From: an uncultured Pseudobdellovibrionaceae bacterium
Lineage (GTDB): Bacteria > Bdellovibrionota > Bdellovibrionia > Bdellovibrionales > UBA1609
Assembly: GCA_964628445.1 (NCBI GenBank)
Contig: CAZVOP010000006.1
Span: forward strand, 6,723-70,722
DNA: 64,000 nt
Reading direction: 5' to 3'
The position numbers and the translations under genes were made by a program. Of this stretch, positions 35,405-46,918 are shown piece after piece; the first letter of the stretch is position 1, and each line of letters opens with the position of its first letter. Below the pieces are notes generated by a model. The model was not told the DNA's origin. It did not search any database and worked only from the letters and a program-made list of their open reading frames with translations.

Positions 35405-35759
35405 ACGAGCAGGCCCCGCAGCGCTGAACTTTGGGCCACTCCTCCGCCTCGCGCGGAAGAATCATTTTATGCTTGCAGTTCGGGCAAGTGAACTCACCCT
35501 CAAGCACTTCGCCGGTTTCAAGCCATGTCGTCCAAAAGAAGACGATACCCACGATTAAAAATAACGGCGGTAAAATGAAGTGTAAAATCGGAACGAAAAT
35601 CGTGAAGAGCGCGACAGCAAAGAAGATTCCGAATATTTTTGCGGAGCGGGAGAGTCTCTCATTTTTACTGAGGTCGCGGCGGATGACAAAACCTTCGGTC
35701 TTAATCCCGTCGACTTCGGTTTCAAGCACCAATCTTTGCGAATCGGAAGACAGTTCCAT
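35325..35759 (-). CDS. membrane protein with C-terminal Zn-ribbon
   Basis: Two TM helices followed by CPNC-x17-CGAC. It overlaps the 3' end of the convergent cupin gene. Confidence 0.4.
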   Translation of the reverse strand: MELSSDSQRLVLETEVDGIKTEGFVIRRDLSKNERLSRSAKIFGIFFAVALFTIFVPILHFILPPLFLIVGIVFFWTTWLETGEVLEGEFTCPNCKHKMILPREAEEWPKVQRCGACSFMLRTYPVGHHESPRAAEADPSTGNF

Positions 35760-35807
35760 GAATTCCGATTCAATGCCTGGTCCGCTTATTGGTCAAGTTT
35801 GTTTTTA

Positions 35808-36278
35808 TTAACCCTGGGACGCTTGCGACCAGTGCGGTGCGGGATAGTTTTTCTTGCCCTTAGGATCGTAATTCTCGCCGAATTTGCTTTCGAAGATCCG
35901 CAAAGACTTCTGCATCACCAGGATGTGTTCAACTTTCGCCTCTAAGACTTCCTTGTTCGTCACGTAAATGCCGGCCTTCGCATCCAGCTCAAGGACACGT
36001 ACCGAATGAGTCAAAAGTTCCGCCAAATTTTCCTTTATCGCTTGGCGCTCAGCCTTTGACCGGCGCGACCAGCCGAAATCCGCGATGCCCACAACCTTCT
36101 GCTCCAGATTCATCCCGTAGCGCGTGCTTAACCCCGCTTCAATGGCCGAGGCCCGAGTGAGATGATCATTGCCCTCGCTGACAAACTCGCCACGTTGGTT
36201 CCGCCCAGAAGTGCAGCCCACGCCAACGGCAGTGACCAAAGCCAATACAGAAGTGACAAAAAAGCGCGGCAAAGCCAT
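35808..36278 (-). CDS. lipoprotein, unknown function
   Basis: Signal peptide with lipobox AVGVGC. Confidence 0.45.
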   Translation of the reverse strand: MALPRFFVTSVLALVTAVGVGCTSGRNQRGEFVSEGNDHLTRASAIEAGLSTRYGMNLEQKVVGIADFGWSRRSKAERQAIKENLAELLTHSVRVLELDAKAGIYVTNKEVLEAKVEHILVMQKSLRIFESKFGENYDPKGKKNYPAPHWSQASQG

Positions 36279-36354
36279 ATCTCCACCCTTGTGAATAGAA
36301 TCTACCCTAAGAGGAGCAAACGCGGTGCCCGAGGAACGGCTTTACCGGCGATTT

Positions 36355-36447
36355 TTATGAGAATAGGACGGCGACATAAGAGCCCACCGTGAAGGCGGCA
36401 AAAGCGCAAACAAACATGAGAAATGAAATTGTCATGGCATGAGCCAT
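36355..36447 (-). CDS. 30-aa hydrophobic small protein candidate
   Basis: GGAGG lies 5 nt upstream of ATG 36447. It translates to MAHAMTISFLMFVCAFAAFTVGSYVAVLFS. Confidence 0.3.
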   Translation of the reverse strand: MAHAMTISFLMFVCAFAAFTVGSYVAVLFS

Positions 36448-36623
36448 CTTTGCCTCCATTTTGGATCTTTCCCTTACGCAATTCATAGGCCGCTGTGCCC
36501 CCGTCCTAGTTCGTTTCTGGAACCAAATCCGCGCTTTGACCGGTACAAATTTCAAGACCGTCTAACAGTTCCATACGGCGGAATTATTTGGAGTTCCGCT
36601 TTTTCACGCGTTGAGCTAGAACG

Positions 36624-37370
36624 ATGGTGAAAATGTCACAGCGACACTTATTTTTTAGCCTACTCTTCGTCATCTTCTCCAGCGCTTCGTGCTTCGGCGC
36701 TATATGCGAAGGCGAGCTGATTGCGACCTTTGATCGTGCCCCGAACGATGACAAAAACGGTTTAGTCACCGATCGGGTTCCCATTAATGTAAGCAATTTA
36801 ATTCAAGGCTACAGGCGCGGGCTCTTCGCTTGGAAGGCGGAAGAAAACGGCATCGGGGAATGGTACAGTCCGCCTCGCCGTGGGATTCTTCGTCTTTCAG
36901 CTGTCCACTATTCCAGCCGCGATGAGCGCTATTTTCGGCAGCAAGAAAAGCTGGGCGAGTTGCGTGTGACCTTCGATCAAGATTTCGCCCGCGTCATCGC
37001 GGCATGCGCGGCGCAAGCGCGCGGGACCGGCCGTTGGATTTCCGAAACCCATGTTCGTGAATACACCAATCTTCACCGGGCCGGGCATGCTCACAGTGTG
37101 GAAGTGTGGCGCGGCGATAATTTGGTCGCGGGGCTTTACGGCGTTTTCGTTAACGGCGTCTTCAGCGGCGAAAGCATGTTCCATCAAGAGCGCGATGCCA
37201 CCAAACTCGCCTACCGCGCTCTGATCGAGCACTTACGCAAGAGCGGCCATGTCTTCATCGACACGCAAATGAATCTTGGCCTGACGCAAAAATGGGGGGG
37301 CGAAGAGGTTCTCCGTTACGAGTTCTTGCGCTTAATCCGCGAAGCCCAAATAGCCAATCGCCGCTTCTAG
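36624..37370 (+). CDS. aat: leucyl/phenylalanyl-tRNA--protein transferase
   Basis: YRRGLFAW, WYSPPRRGIL, GHAHSVEVW and LYGV..G.FSGESMFH are collinear with E. coli Aat. The N-terminus is unusually hydrophobic. Confidence 0.8.
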   Translation: MVKMSQRHLFFSLLFVIFSSASCFGAICEGELIATFDRAPNDDKNGLVTDRVPINVSNLIQGYRRGLFAWKAEENGIGEWYSPPRRGILRLSAVHYSSRDERYFRQQEKLGELRVTFDQDFARVIAACAAQARGTGRWISETHVREYTNLHRAGHAHSVEVWRGDNLVAGLYGVFVNGVFSGESMFHQERDATKLAYRALIEHLRKSGHVFIDTQMNLGLTQKWGGEEVLRYEFLRLIREAQIANRRF

Positions 37371-37703
37371 AGTTTCCGCCCACGGCGCCACACCATGAAC
37401 ATTTGCCCTATTGACCTTCTTGTACTCGCCCCGCTAGACAAGGTTCATGCAAAAATTCTTACTCGCCGGTTTAATCTCGCTGTTATTTCCTATTGATTTT
37501 GTCTTTGCGGCGAAAAAAATGCCGCCCTTGCGCGACCGCAGATGCCGGCACCTATTGGAAAACTCTCGTCATCGCGACCCGCCGACGCTCGACTACGAAA
37601 CATTCTATTCGAATTCATTTGAAGAAGACGTGCAAGCCGGCGGCGAGGATTGGTCTTGGGATGTAACCTATCCCTCCGATGATGCGCGCGATCCCGGCGA
37701 CTT

Positions 37704-38960
37704 TTAAAGCAGAGTTCCTTGCTCCGTGTCCGGATCTTCGGCCGGCGCGTCCAATAAGGTTTTATTGGATTTTGCACCCAAAGCTTCGAAGCGGCGGGCT
37801 TGCACCAATAGGCGCGACTCGAGCCGCGTTCTGCCCTTGTCATACTCATCTTTCGCTTTGCCCAGATGTTTTCCGACCGCATCATAGGTGTCGGCGAAAT
37901 CGCATATGCGTTTATGCAACTCTTGTCCCATTTCCGAAATACGGTGCGCATTTTCAGTCAGCTTTTGTTCGCTCCATCCGAAGCGAATCACTTTTAGTAA
38001 GCCAATCAATGTCGGTGGCGTCGCGATCAAAACCTTTTTCTGAAGAGCGAACTCAACGATATCCGGCTCCATCTCGAGCGCGGCATACAAAAACGATTCA
38101 TTCGGCAAAAACAAGACCGTGAAATCCGCGCTGTCTTTGACCACTTCGGTATAGGCGCGCGCCGAAAGCTTCTTCACATGCTCTTTGACGTGGCGGCCAT
38201 GGCGGGCCATCTCGGTGCGGCGCAATTCTTCGGTCGGCGCCTCCAGTGAATTGAGAAAAGCATCGATCGGCGTTTTCGCATCGACGATCACATTGCGGCC
38301 GCCGGGCATGCGCACGACCATGTCGGGAATATGGCGAGAGCCGTCCTCATCCGTGCTGAAACTTTGAAAGCTGACATCGGCATATTCGGACATCCCGGCA
38401 AGCTCGATGCAATTGCGCAATTGCACCTCACCCCAGCGACCGCGCACATGCGGTTTCTTTAAAGCATCTTTGAGCGCGGAGGTTTCCTTCGTTAAATACA
38501 AATGGGCTTCGGAAACTTTTTTAAGCTCGCTGTCGATCGTTTGAAACGCGCGGGCGCGGTCCTTTTCGAGCTGCTGGATCTGCTCTTGATATTTGATCAG
38601 CGAGTCCGAAACCGGCTTGATGAGCGAGTCCATCGCTTTATGGCGTTGCTCGGAATCCATTTTGTGCATTTCATTGGCGCGCTCAAAGGTCGACTGCGCC
38701 AGATTCAAGAATTGACCCATCGAGCTTTCCAAAGCACTGGCGGCAAGACCCTTAAAAGATTCGTTGAGCTCGGCCTTCACCTGGCCTTGCTCGACAATGC
38801 TCGCCTCAAGCAAGCGCGCTTTTTCACGCAAGGTCACCACTTCGGTATGCAGCAAAAAGTTTTGGGCTACGGCCCGCTCACGCTGGCGCCATAAGTAAAC
38901 AAGACCGCAAACCGAAATAATAAGGAGCACGAGCAGACTAACGATCGTCAAAGTGAACAT
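37704..38960 (-). CDS. rmuC: DNA recombination protein RmuC
   Basis: N-terminal TM and a long coiled coil. The C-terminal RGRWGEVQLRN ... PDMVVRMPGGRNVIVDAKTP ... FLPNESFLYAALE matches the RmuC nuclease-like domain. Confidence 0.85.
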   Translation of the reverse strand: MFTLTIVSLLVLLIISVCGLVYLWRQRERAVAQNFLLHTEVVTLREKARLLEASIVEQGQVKAELNESFKGLAASALESSMGQFLNLAQSTFERANEMHKMDSEQRHKAMDSLIKPVSDSLIKYQEQIQQLEKDRARAFQTIDSELKKVSEAHLYLTKETSALKDALKKPHVRGRWGEVQLRNCIELAGMSEYADVSFQSFSTDEDGSRHIPDMVVRMPGGRNVIVDAKTPIDAFLNSLEAPTEELRRTEMARHGRHVKEHVKKLSARAYTEVVKDSADFTVLFLPNESFLYAALEMEPDIVEFALQKKVLIATPPTLIGLLKVIRFGWSEQKLTENAHRISEMGQELHKRICDFADTYDAVGKHLGKAKDEYDKGRTRLESRLLVQARRFEALGAKSNKTLLDAPAEDPDTEQGTLL

Positions 38961-39124
38961 CCGACCACCCTAGGTTTTTCTAGAAAAAATTGCAATGCTC
39001 CGGTGACGTTTCCGCGCTCTTTTGCGTCGGGTTTGAGTCTGGAAGCCCGGTAAAAACGAGGGCTTCCGTGGCACGTCTCTTGGATTAAAGACTTTCGGCT
39101 GCGTTCACGGAAGAGGTCCAAGCC

Positions 39125-39643
39125 ATGCTCCGCTCCCACATTCTTTATTTCCTGATCTCCATTTTCTGCGCGGCCGCCGTGGCGCAAGAACCTGTGGTCC
39201 CTGTTTACACGTTTCAGACTTGGAAGGAGCAACAGGTTCTCGAGGCGCAAAATCAGGTTTTACGCATCTCCGCGCGCATCTCACAACTCAAGCCGGTTAA
39301 AGCGGCCGGTGCTGCCGAAAAGGAATCCCTGCATTTGCGCAACAGCCGGGTGAAAAAGGTGGAGTCGGATCCGCTCACCTCGGCAGAACGCGACTTGCGC
39401 CGGGCTCAAGAAAGTTTACAGGCGGCTTCGAATTACGGAATGGATGAGTACATCGCGATTTATCTGCCTTCTCTTGCCGACCAGCCCGATGCGATTCAGT
39501 CGCTCACGCAGCGTTTAAGCAAAGAGGAACTTGCCGAAATCTTTAAGGGTTTGCTTAACAAAGCCGCCTCCATTGACGCGAGGCGCAACACAGCCCTCGT
39601 GGTAGATGCGTTGAGCCTTACTTCGCGCGGCAAAAATCCCTGA
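39125..39643 (+). CDS. hypothetical secreted protein
   Basis: 172-aa ORF with a signal peptide (ILYFLISIFCAAAVA). The rest is helical and charged. Confidence 0.4.
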   Translation: MLRSHILYFLISIFCAAAVAQEPVVPVYTFQTWKEQQVLEAQNQVLRISARISQLKPVKAAGAAEKESLHLRNSRVKKVESDPLTSAERDLRRAQESLQAASNYGMDEYIAIYLPSLADQPDAIQSLTQRLSKEELAEIFKGLLNKAASIDARRNTALVVDALSLTSRGKNP

Positions 39644-39677
39644 CCCCCTTCGCACGCACAAATATTTAGCCGCTAAA

Positions 39678-39705
39678 CTTGACTAAAAATCCCCACCCTC
39701 CATAT
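39678..39705 (+). promoter_or_regulatory. sigma-32-type heat-shock promoter candidate for groESL
   Basis: CTTGACT (39678-39684), then 13 nt, then CTCCATAT (39698-39705), compared with the consensus CTTGAAA-N13-15-CCCCATNT. It lies ~95 nt upstream of the groES ATG. Confidence 0.35.
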
Positions 39706-39802
39706 TGGCAGTGGCAAAAAGCACATTTAAATTTGCTTTAGTTTTATTTAAGAGAAGTCGCGCTGCCGCGGCTTCGCAATATTAGACCCAGGAGGTATTT
39801 TT

Positions 39803-40105
39803 ATGGCAAAGACTGACATCGGTGTTCGTCCGCTACATGACCGCGTTCTTGTGCGCCGCATGCCCGAAGAGATGAAAACCGCCGGCGGATTATTCATCCC
39901 CGAAACGGCTAAAGAAAAACCCCAGCGTGGTGAGATCGTCGCCGCCGGCAAAGGCCGCGTTCAGGAAGACGGAAAAGTCACCCCCCTCGACGTGAAAATC
40001 GGCGACAAAATCTTGTTCGGAAAATATTCCGGAACCGAACTCAAGCTTAACGGCGAAGAGTATCTGATGATGCGCGAAGAAGATATTCTCGGGATCATGA
40101 ACTAA
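39803..40105 (+). CDS. groES: co-chaperonin GroES
   Basis: [12 protein letters not shown] ... [22 protein letters not shown] is a canonical Cpn10 sequence. AGGAGG lies upstream. Confidence 0.95.
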   Translation: MAKTDIGVRPLHDRVLVRRMPEEMKTAGGLFIPETAKEKPQRGEIVAAGKGRVQEDGKVTPLDVKIGDKILFGKYSGTELKLNGEEYLMMREEDILGIMN

Positions 40106-40112
40106 ATTTTAT

Positions 40113-40165
40113 GGGTCGCGGGTTACGCGTCCCTTTTGATATTGCGGGTCGCGGCTACGCGCCCC
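40113..40165. repeat. tandem imperfect hairpin repeats in the groES-groEL spacer
   Basis: GGGTCGCGGGTTACGCGTCCC (40113-40133) and GGGTCGCGGCTACGCGCCCC (40146-40165). Each can fold GGGTCGCG/CGCG(T/C)CCC with one mismatch. Confidence 0.5.
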
Positions 40166-40184
40166 ACTTTTAAAATTTTATTAA

Positions 40185-41861
<1,677 letters not shown>

Positions 41862-41953
41862 TTTCTCAGAAACGGACATTTGGAGATCCCGGTTGCGGGA
41901 TCTCCGGATATAGGGAGATCTCAATTAATGAGAACTCCGGATATCAGAAAAGA

Positions 41954-41976
41954 CCCGGGCATGACCCGGGTTTTTT
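41954..41976 (+). terminator. rho-independent terminator after groEL
   Basis: CCCGGG-CATGA-CCCGGG followed by TTTTTT. An additional perfect hairpin GGAGATCCCG-GTTG-CGGGATCTCC at 41882-41905 lies 20 nt after the stop. Confidence 0.6.
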
Positions 41977-42700
41977 ATTTGGAGCTTGCGATGCTACGGC
42001 TAGATTGCGTGGTCTTGTCGATGCGAGCGTAGAACGCGGTGTAATTTCCGATCACACGGCTGGAATAAATCTTAGGTTCTTTATTCGATTTCAATAAACG
42101 GCGTACATTTTTTGAACCCATGTTGTAAGCCGAAACGTAGCGGGTGCCATGGCCCATAAAGCTTTTGCGGAGTTGGGCAAAATAAGTGGCGCCGATACGG
42201 ATGTTCACTGCGGGATCCTCAAGATCGATCTGTTCACTCTTCACGCCGGCCTGAGCCGCCAACCACTGCGCGGTCTTCGGCAAGATCTGCATCAAGCCGA
42301 TCTCGCCATGGCTGCCGCGTGCTTTGGGATTAAATGTGCTTTCGGTGGTGATGACAGCCATCAAAAAAAGAGGGTCCATGCCATGATGATTGGCTTCGCT
42401 AATGATGGAACGGGCCACTTCAAAAGCGCGATGACGGTAAGCCTCCGGCAAGGATTTGCGGACGGTGTTCAAGATGAACGGGCGCAGGTCGCCTTTTGCA
42501 TCCATCGAAAGAAGCTGCGTTTGTAGACGGCGCGGGAAAAGCTCAAGTGCATGCTCAAGTTGGCCCTGGCCCTGAACGCGGGGCAAATCCTTGGGGCTGT
42601 CCGTAACCTTCGGCATTCTTGTTTTCACGCCGGCAGCCAGAAGCGCGATCAGAAGGAGTGCCGCCAGCCAGTGATATTTGTATCGTTTTAGTAAGTTCAT
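41975..42700 (-). CDS. lytic transglycosylase (SLT domain)
   Basis: AVITTESTFNPKARGSHGEIGLMQILPKTAQW contains the catalytic ES motif and the GLMQ block of family 1 transglycosylases. N-terminal anchor present. Confidence 0.8.
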   Translation of the reverse strand: MNLLKRYKYHWLAALLLIALLAAGVKTRMPKVTDSPKDLPRVQGQGQLEHALELFPRRLQTQLLSMDAKGDLRPFILNTVRKSLPEAYRHRAFEVARSIISEANHHGMDPLFLMAVITTESTFNPKARGSHGEIGLMQILPKTAQWLAAQAGVKSEQIDLEDPAVNIRIGATYFAQLRKSFMGHGTRYVSAYNMGSKNVRRLLKSNKEPKIYSSRVIGNYTAFYARIDKTTQSSRSIASSK

Positions 42701-42906
42701 ACCCTTACATAGAGCAACCCCCCTACCAACTTATAACCCATTGATTTTATTGAATTATTGAAATAAGACGCCCTTAAAATCGAGCCGGATTGTCGATGTT
42801 CAGTGCACCCGTCTAGTGATCACTAGTCGTCTCAATAAGGTACGCCGTTCCCGATAGGCTCAAAGGCCCAGTGGGCCTTTGAGGCGTACCTTATCTCGTT
42901 TAATTT

Positions 42907-44538
42907 CTAGAACATGTAGTACAAGCCGCCAGATAGGGTCGTGTATTTGTGACTTGAGCTCGAAGCAGGTTCAGCCCGGCTACCGGTTCCGCTGAAGTTT
43001 GAGGAGTACATTTCGAAGTCTAAGTTGCCTTGCAATCTGAGGCGCTCACCGAGCTTTTTAAATCCAAGCACGCCGAATTGTACCACCTGACTTTTTGAGC
43101 TGGCGCCCGAGGTGACCGGCGACTCTTTAACGTGGGGATTCCAAACCATGGAGAATTCGCCGCCGATTCCATACTCGCCGCCGGGGCCGAGCGGTGCCGA
43201 ACCGTTTACGCCCATTTTAAAGCCCGAGTATTGCTGAGTCAGGAAAGCTTCGGGGGCCGCATTATCGGTGTAGAGCTTGTAGTTCATGTAGCCAAGATAA
43301 GGCTCCGCGAAGGGCGACCAATTGTAGGGACCGAACCGTAGCCGGTAACCGATGCCGGCTTCGTAATAGCTCATCGATTGATTGAGATCTTTCGGGGATG
43401 AGCCGCCGCGCGGATTCGATACGCCGACAATCCCTTGTTTTAAGCGTGCGTGAAAAGTCCATTCGGGCGTGACCCAAATTTCACCTTCTAACAAAACACT
43501 TGGGGCAAAATCGTTGCTGCTTTCAAGACCGCCCGCCGGCGCAAGGGCTTGGGTGTTTTCTTTGAAGCGGCTCAAGCCTAAGCGCGCGCCCACTTGGCCG
43601 AATGAAGCCGGGCTTTCAGGTTGCCAGGCCTTCGCATTTTTACCGAACGCGATGTCGCCGTCTTCACGAGTGGTTAGGGCTTCTTCCGCCGTCGGCGTTA
43701 ACGATAAGCTGTCGCCGGAATAAGTGACAAAATCGATCGGGCCGATCTTAGCGTTTTTTTGGATCGCGCCACGCTCTTTTTCACTGACCACCACGCCGAA
43801 ACTTAAGGTGTCTTCGACTTTCAAAACTTTGATCCGCCCAAAAATCTCTTTTTCGGTACGCACTAAAAAATTAAATTTCGGATGGCGATGCGCCTGGATA
43901 ATTTGGATCACGCTGAGCAGTTGGTTTTTTTGAATTCCGTCTTTCAGGCCTAAGTTTACGGTCACGCGATTGGTTTCGCGGCTAAGTACGCGGCCGGAAT
44001 AGGGAAGGCGCAAAACGATCTCGTTGAGCAGGCGCTGAATCTGTTCTTTAAGATCGGCGATATTGAACTGCTTGTAATCTTTAAGAATGGCTTGCGATAA
44101 AAGTTTGCCGTCTTTATTCAAGAACAAACTCAAGTGAATCGTTACGCCGTTCGGCCCTTTTGTAATGCGCGAAACGAAGAAAGCATCGGCGCCGACGCCT
44201 TGGCTGACTTGCAAAGCTTTTTCCGGCGAAGCCTCAAGCTCTTCAGGCGAAAAAATCGGACCGGAGTTATTGACCGCCACAAAATCCCAGCGATGCATTT
44301 TATCCAGGAGCGATGTGAAATGCGCTTCCAATGGACGCGCGTAAATGCCCTGCAAGTTATCGGTGAACGGAAGCAGCGAAACCTTTTCGACGGTCAACAA
44401 ATCATCGACGTCGCTGTGATATATGCCTTTTGCGGAGGAGGTGGCGACGTCCTGGGCGAAAGTCCTGTAGCTCATCGATACACCAACAAGCATTACGGCC
44501 GCGATAATTTGAAATCGTCGAAGGAGTAGACAAAGCAC
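42907..44538 (-). CDS. outer-membrane beta-barrel-like protein
   Basis: Signal peptide. The C-terminal half has alternating-pattern strands and ends in an aromatic residue (...GGLYYMF). Confidence 0.45.
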   Translation of the reverse strand: MLCLLLRRFQIIAAVMLVGVSMSYRTFAQDVATSSAKGIYHSDVDDLLTVEKVSLLPFTDNLQGIYARPLEAHFTSLLDKMHRWDFVAVNNSGPIFSPEELEASPEKALQVSQGVGADAFFVSRITKGPNGVTIHLSLFLNKDGKLLSQAILKDYKQFNIADLKEQIQRLLNEIVLRLPYSGRVLSRETNRVTVNLGLKDGIQKNQLLSVIQIIQAHRHPKFNFLVRTEKEIFGRIKVLKVEDTLSFGVVVSEKERGAIQKNAKIGPIDFVTYSGDSLSLTPTAEEALTTREDGDIAFGKNAKAWQPESPASFGQVGARLGLSRFKENTQALAPAGGLESSNDFAPSVLLEGEIWVTPEWTFHARLKQGIVGVSNPRGGSSPKDLNQSMSYYEAGIGYRLRFGPYNWSPFAEPYLGYMNYKLYTDNAAPEAFLTQQYSGFKMGVNGSAPLGPGGEYGIGGEFSMVWNPHVKESPVTSGASSKSQVVQFGVLGFKKLGERLRLQGNLDFEMYSSNFSGTGSRAEPASSSSHKYTTLSGGLYYMF

Positions 44539-44631
44539 AGATATTTCTCCCTTTTTTAGTCTGCATGTGGCCCCACATTCAGGTCAATTGGCATAAAGTC
44601 CACCAAGACAAAAGCCGATCAGGACTTGAGT

Positions 44632-45822
44632 ATGAGTCGAGCTATTCAATACCTTAGTCTAATACTGCTGATCTTGAGCGCGGGTCCCGCTTTCGCGCAA
44701 CTGGACTCCACGTCGGCTATTCTCCTGCGCCCCAGCGGCAAGTCACCGAGCAAAAAAAATCTCGATTCCACCCGGTATAAAATTCGCGCACCCGAATCGC
44801 GTAAAGATGACGACGAAGAAAAACCGGGGACAATGATTCCAACGCCTGTGAAGCGTCCCACCAAGGCAACGGCTTCCGCCGAAGTCACCATTCCCGCGGC
44901 AAGTGAACCGGTGCCTTCGCCCGTTCCGCCCGAAGAAAAACCCGCAACACCTAATATCGAACCCGTGATCGCCGCGCCAACCTCTGCCACTGCCTCACCG
45001 CCGCCGGTAACTCCTCCGGCGCAGTATCCGGTGACGGATCAAGTGCGCGACCTTATTTTGGGCGGCACTCAGGGCGATATTGAGGAATATAAAAATAAGA
45101 TCCATCCGCAAGATCCACGCGCGAATGTCGTGCAGATCTCTCTGGCGCCCGCCTATTATTATAATTCTTCGCAAAGCGGTTACTCTTACCGGCGCTACAC
45201 TTCAAACGGCCCCGCCATGGGACTGGGAATGAACTTGTGGCTGACGCCTTTCTTCGGCGTGCAATCGCGCTTTTTCAGTAATATGTCGTCAAGCATTCGC
45301 AGCGGCGGCACCAATATGGTCCCGACGGATATTCAAACTTTGGAAGCCGGCATCCGCTTTCGCAAGCATTTTGGGATGTCGCGCAAGTCCTCATATCTGA
45401 CTTGGGGACTCGATTATTATGACTCTGCAAACAAAATCAGTAAGGCTGCAACGACCGCGGTAGGGCGCAAATCAAGCGGCCTCGGCGTTTCTCTTGAAGC
45501 CGTGATCCCGGTCACCAACGGCTATGCCAACACTTTGCAGGTCGATATTCATCCGCGTTTGAAGCACACCGAAACCAGCACCGGCGCCGACGCGCACTCG
45601 GGCGAAAAACCTGAAACCAACGGCATCGGCTTCGGCCTCGGCGGCCAGTGGACTTTGGATCGGCGCAATCAAGTTTTCTGGAAAGCGCAATACAGCGTGG
45701 AACGCAATCTCTTCAAAGGCCCGGCTTCGCAAGTCGATCCACACACAGGAGAGACTCCTGACGGCGTGAGCGTGACAAATAGTACGGCGGTTATTTATTT
45801 CGGGTTCAGCTGGGGATCTTGA
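44632..45822 (+). CDS. secreted Pro-rich / beta-barrel-like protein
   Basis: Signal peptide (LSLILLILSAGPAFA), a Pro-rich linker, and a C-terminal beta-rich region ending FGFSWGS. Confidence 0.4.
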   Translation: MSRAIQYLSLILLILSAGPAFAQLDSTSAILLRPSGKSPSKKNLDSTRYKIRAPESRKDDDEEKPGTMIPTPVKRPTKATASAEVTIPAASEPVPSPVPPEEKPATPNIEPVIAAPTSATASPPPVTPPAQYPVTDQVRDLILGGTQGDIEEYKNKIHPQDPRANVVQISLAPAYYYNSSQSGYSYRRYTSNGPAMGLGMNLWLTPFFGVQSRFFSNMSSSIRSGGTNMVPTDIQTLEAGIRFRKHFGMSRKSSYLTWGLDYYDSANKISKAATTAVGRKSSGLGVSLEAVIPVTNGYANTLQVDIHPRLKHTETSTGADAHSGEKPETNGIGFGLGGQWTLDRRNQVFWKAQYSVERNLFKGPASQVDPHTGETPDGVSVTNSTAVIYFGFSWGS

Positions 45823-46472
45823 TATTTTGAATTCATGTAAAACATGAGTCGCTGCGCGCGCCGGCCTTTGCGGATGCGGCGAAAGACAACGTAAATTGCA
45901 ATAGCCAAAAGAATGACCGCCCCAAGTGACAATTGAATGCGCTCCGCGACTTTCATCGCCATGTCTAAATTCTCACCCAGCCAAAAACCAACGTACACCC
46001 AAAGCGGCACGCTGATCAGCGCCGCCAATCCATCGAGCGCGTAAAAAACAAGCGGACGCACGCCCATAATTCCCGCCATCAAAAAAACCGGCGAACGCAG
46101 ACCGGGTAAAAAGCGCGCCGTAAAACAAATGAAATGGGAATTGCGAATGATCTTACGCTCCGCCAACGCAATTCTTCTCGGAGTCATGACGGCGCGGATC
46201 AGCGGCAGGCTAAACGCCTTGCGCCCATAAATGCGGCCCACTGTATAAAGAAACGCATCACCCAAAATAACGCCGGCAAAACCGGCGGCGATGGCTCCGG
46301 GAAAAGAGATCGAGCCCAAAGAGGCAAGAATTCCCGCCGCGATCAATGTAATGTCCTCCGGCAGAGGCACACCTAGACCACAGATCAGTAACAACCCGAC
46401 GATAGCAGAGTAAGCGGTGTAGCCGTCGAGTTGCGAAAGATTGGTTATTAACGCTTCTTTGAATGAAGTCAT
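45795..46472 (-). CDS. DedA family membrane protein
   Basis: GVPLPEDITLIAAG and FTARFLPGLRSPVFLMAG are DedA/SNARE-associated blocks. The start is ambiguous (ATG 46472 or GTG 46517). Confidence 0.75.
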   Translation of the reverse strand: MTSFKEALITNLSQLDGYTAYSAIVGLLLICGLGVPLPEDITLIAAGILASLGSISFPGAIAAGFAGVILGDAFLYTVGRIYGRKAFSLPLIRAVMTPRRIALAERKIIRNSHFICFTARFLPGLRSPVFLMAGIMGVRPLVFYALDGLAALISVPLWVYVGFWLGENLDMAMKVAERIQLSLGAVILLAIAIYVVFRRIRKGRRAQRLMFYMNSKYQDPQLNPK

Positions 46473-46531
46473 ACCCGACCGCTTAGAAACCCTTTGGGGA
46501 CTGAGGTTGGAAGACACTATAATAACAGACT

Positions 46532-46918
46532 ATGGGAATAAGACTAGTCATAGTGGATGACGCCCCGTTCATCCGCGAAGTTCTTCGGCATACTTTTATG
46601 AGCACCGAAATAGAGATCGTTGGCGAAGCCGCAGACGGCGAAGAGGCGATCGAGGTGGTCACTCGCCTGCGCCCACACGTTGTCCTCATGGACATCGTGA
46701 TGCCTCGTAAAAGCGGCATCGAGGCGGCCTCCGAGCTGACGAAAGCGCTACCGGACATAAAGATCGTGGCATGCTCGACGGTGGATCAAAACAGCATGAT
46801 CATGCGCGCCCTCGAAGCCGGATGCTGCAATTACGTGACGAAACCCTTTCGCGCAGAAGATGTAATTAATGCCGTGCGGAGCGCGGCACTCGGAAAACCC
46901 AAGGAGGCAGGAACATGA
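46532..46918 (+). CDS. single-domain response regulator (CheY-like)
   Basis: LVIVDDAPFIREVL, VLMDIVMPRKSGIEA and the conserved K in TKPF. Confidence 0.85.
   Translation: MGIRLVIVDDAPFIREVLRHTFMSTEIEIVGEAADGEEAIEVVTRLRPHVVLMDIVMPRKSGIEAASELTKALPDIKIVACSTVDQNSMIMRALEAGCCNYVTKPFRAEDVINAVRSAALGKPKEAGT

Noticed and set aside
34866-35558. 230-aa alternative-frame ORF overlapping the cupin gene
   Set aside because: It has an R/A/S/K-rich composition with no motifs. The frame at 34445-35404 has a recognisable cupin block and a proper start context.
39640-39802. CIRCE/HrcA operator upstream of groES
   Set aside because: I searched for TTAGCACTC-N9-GAGTGCTAA. Only a short unrelated palindrome, TTAGCCGCTAA (39666-39676), is present.
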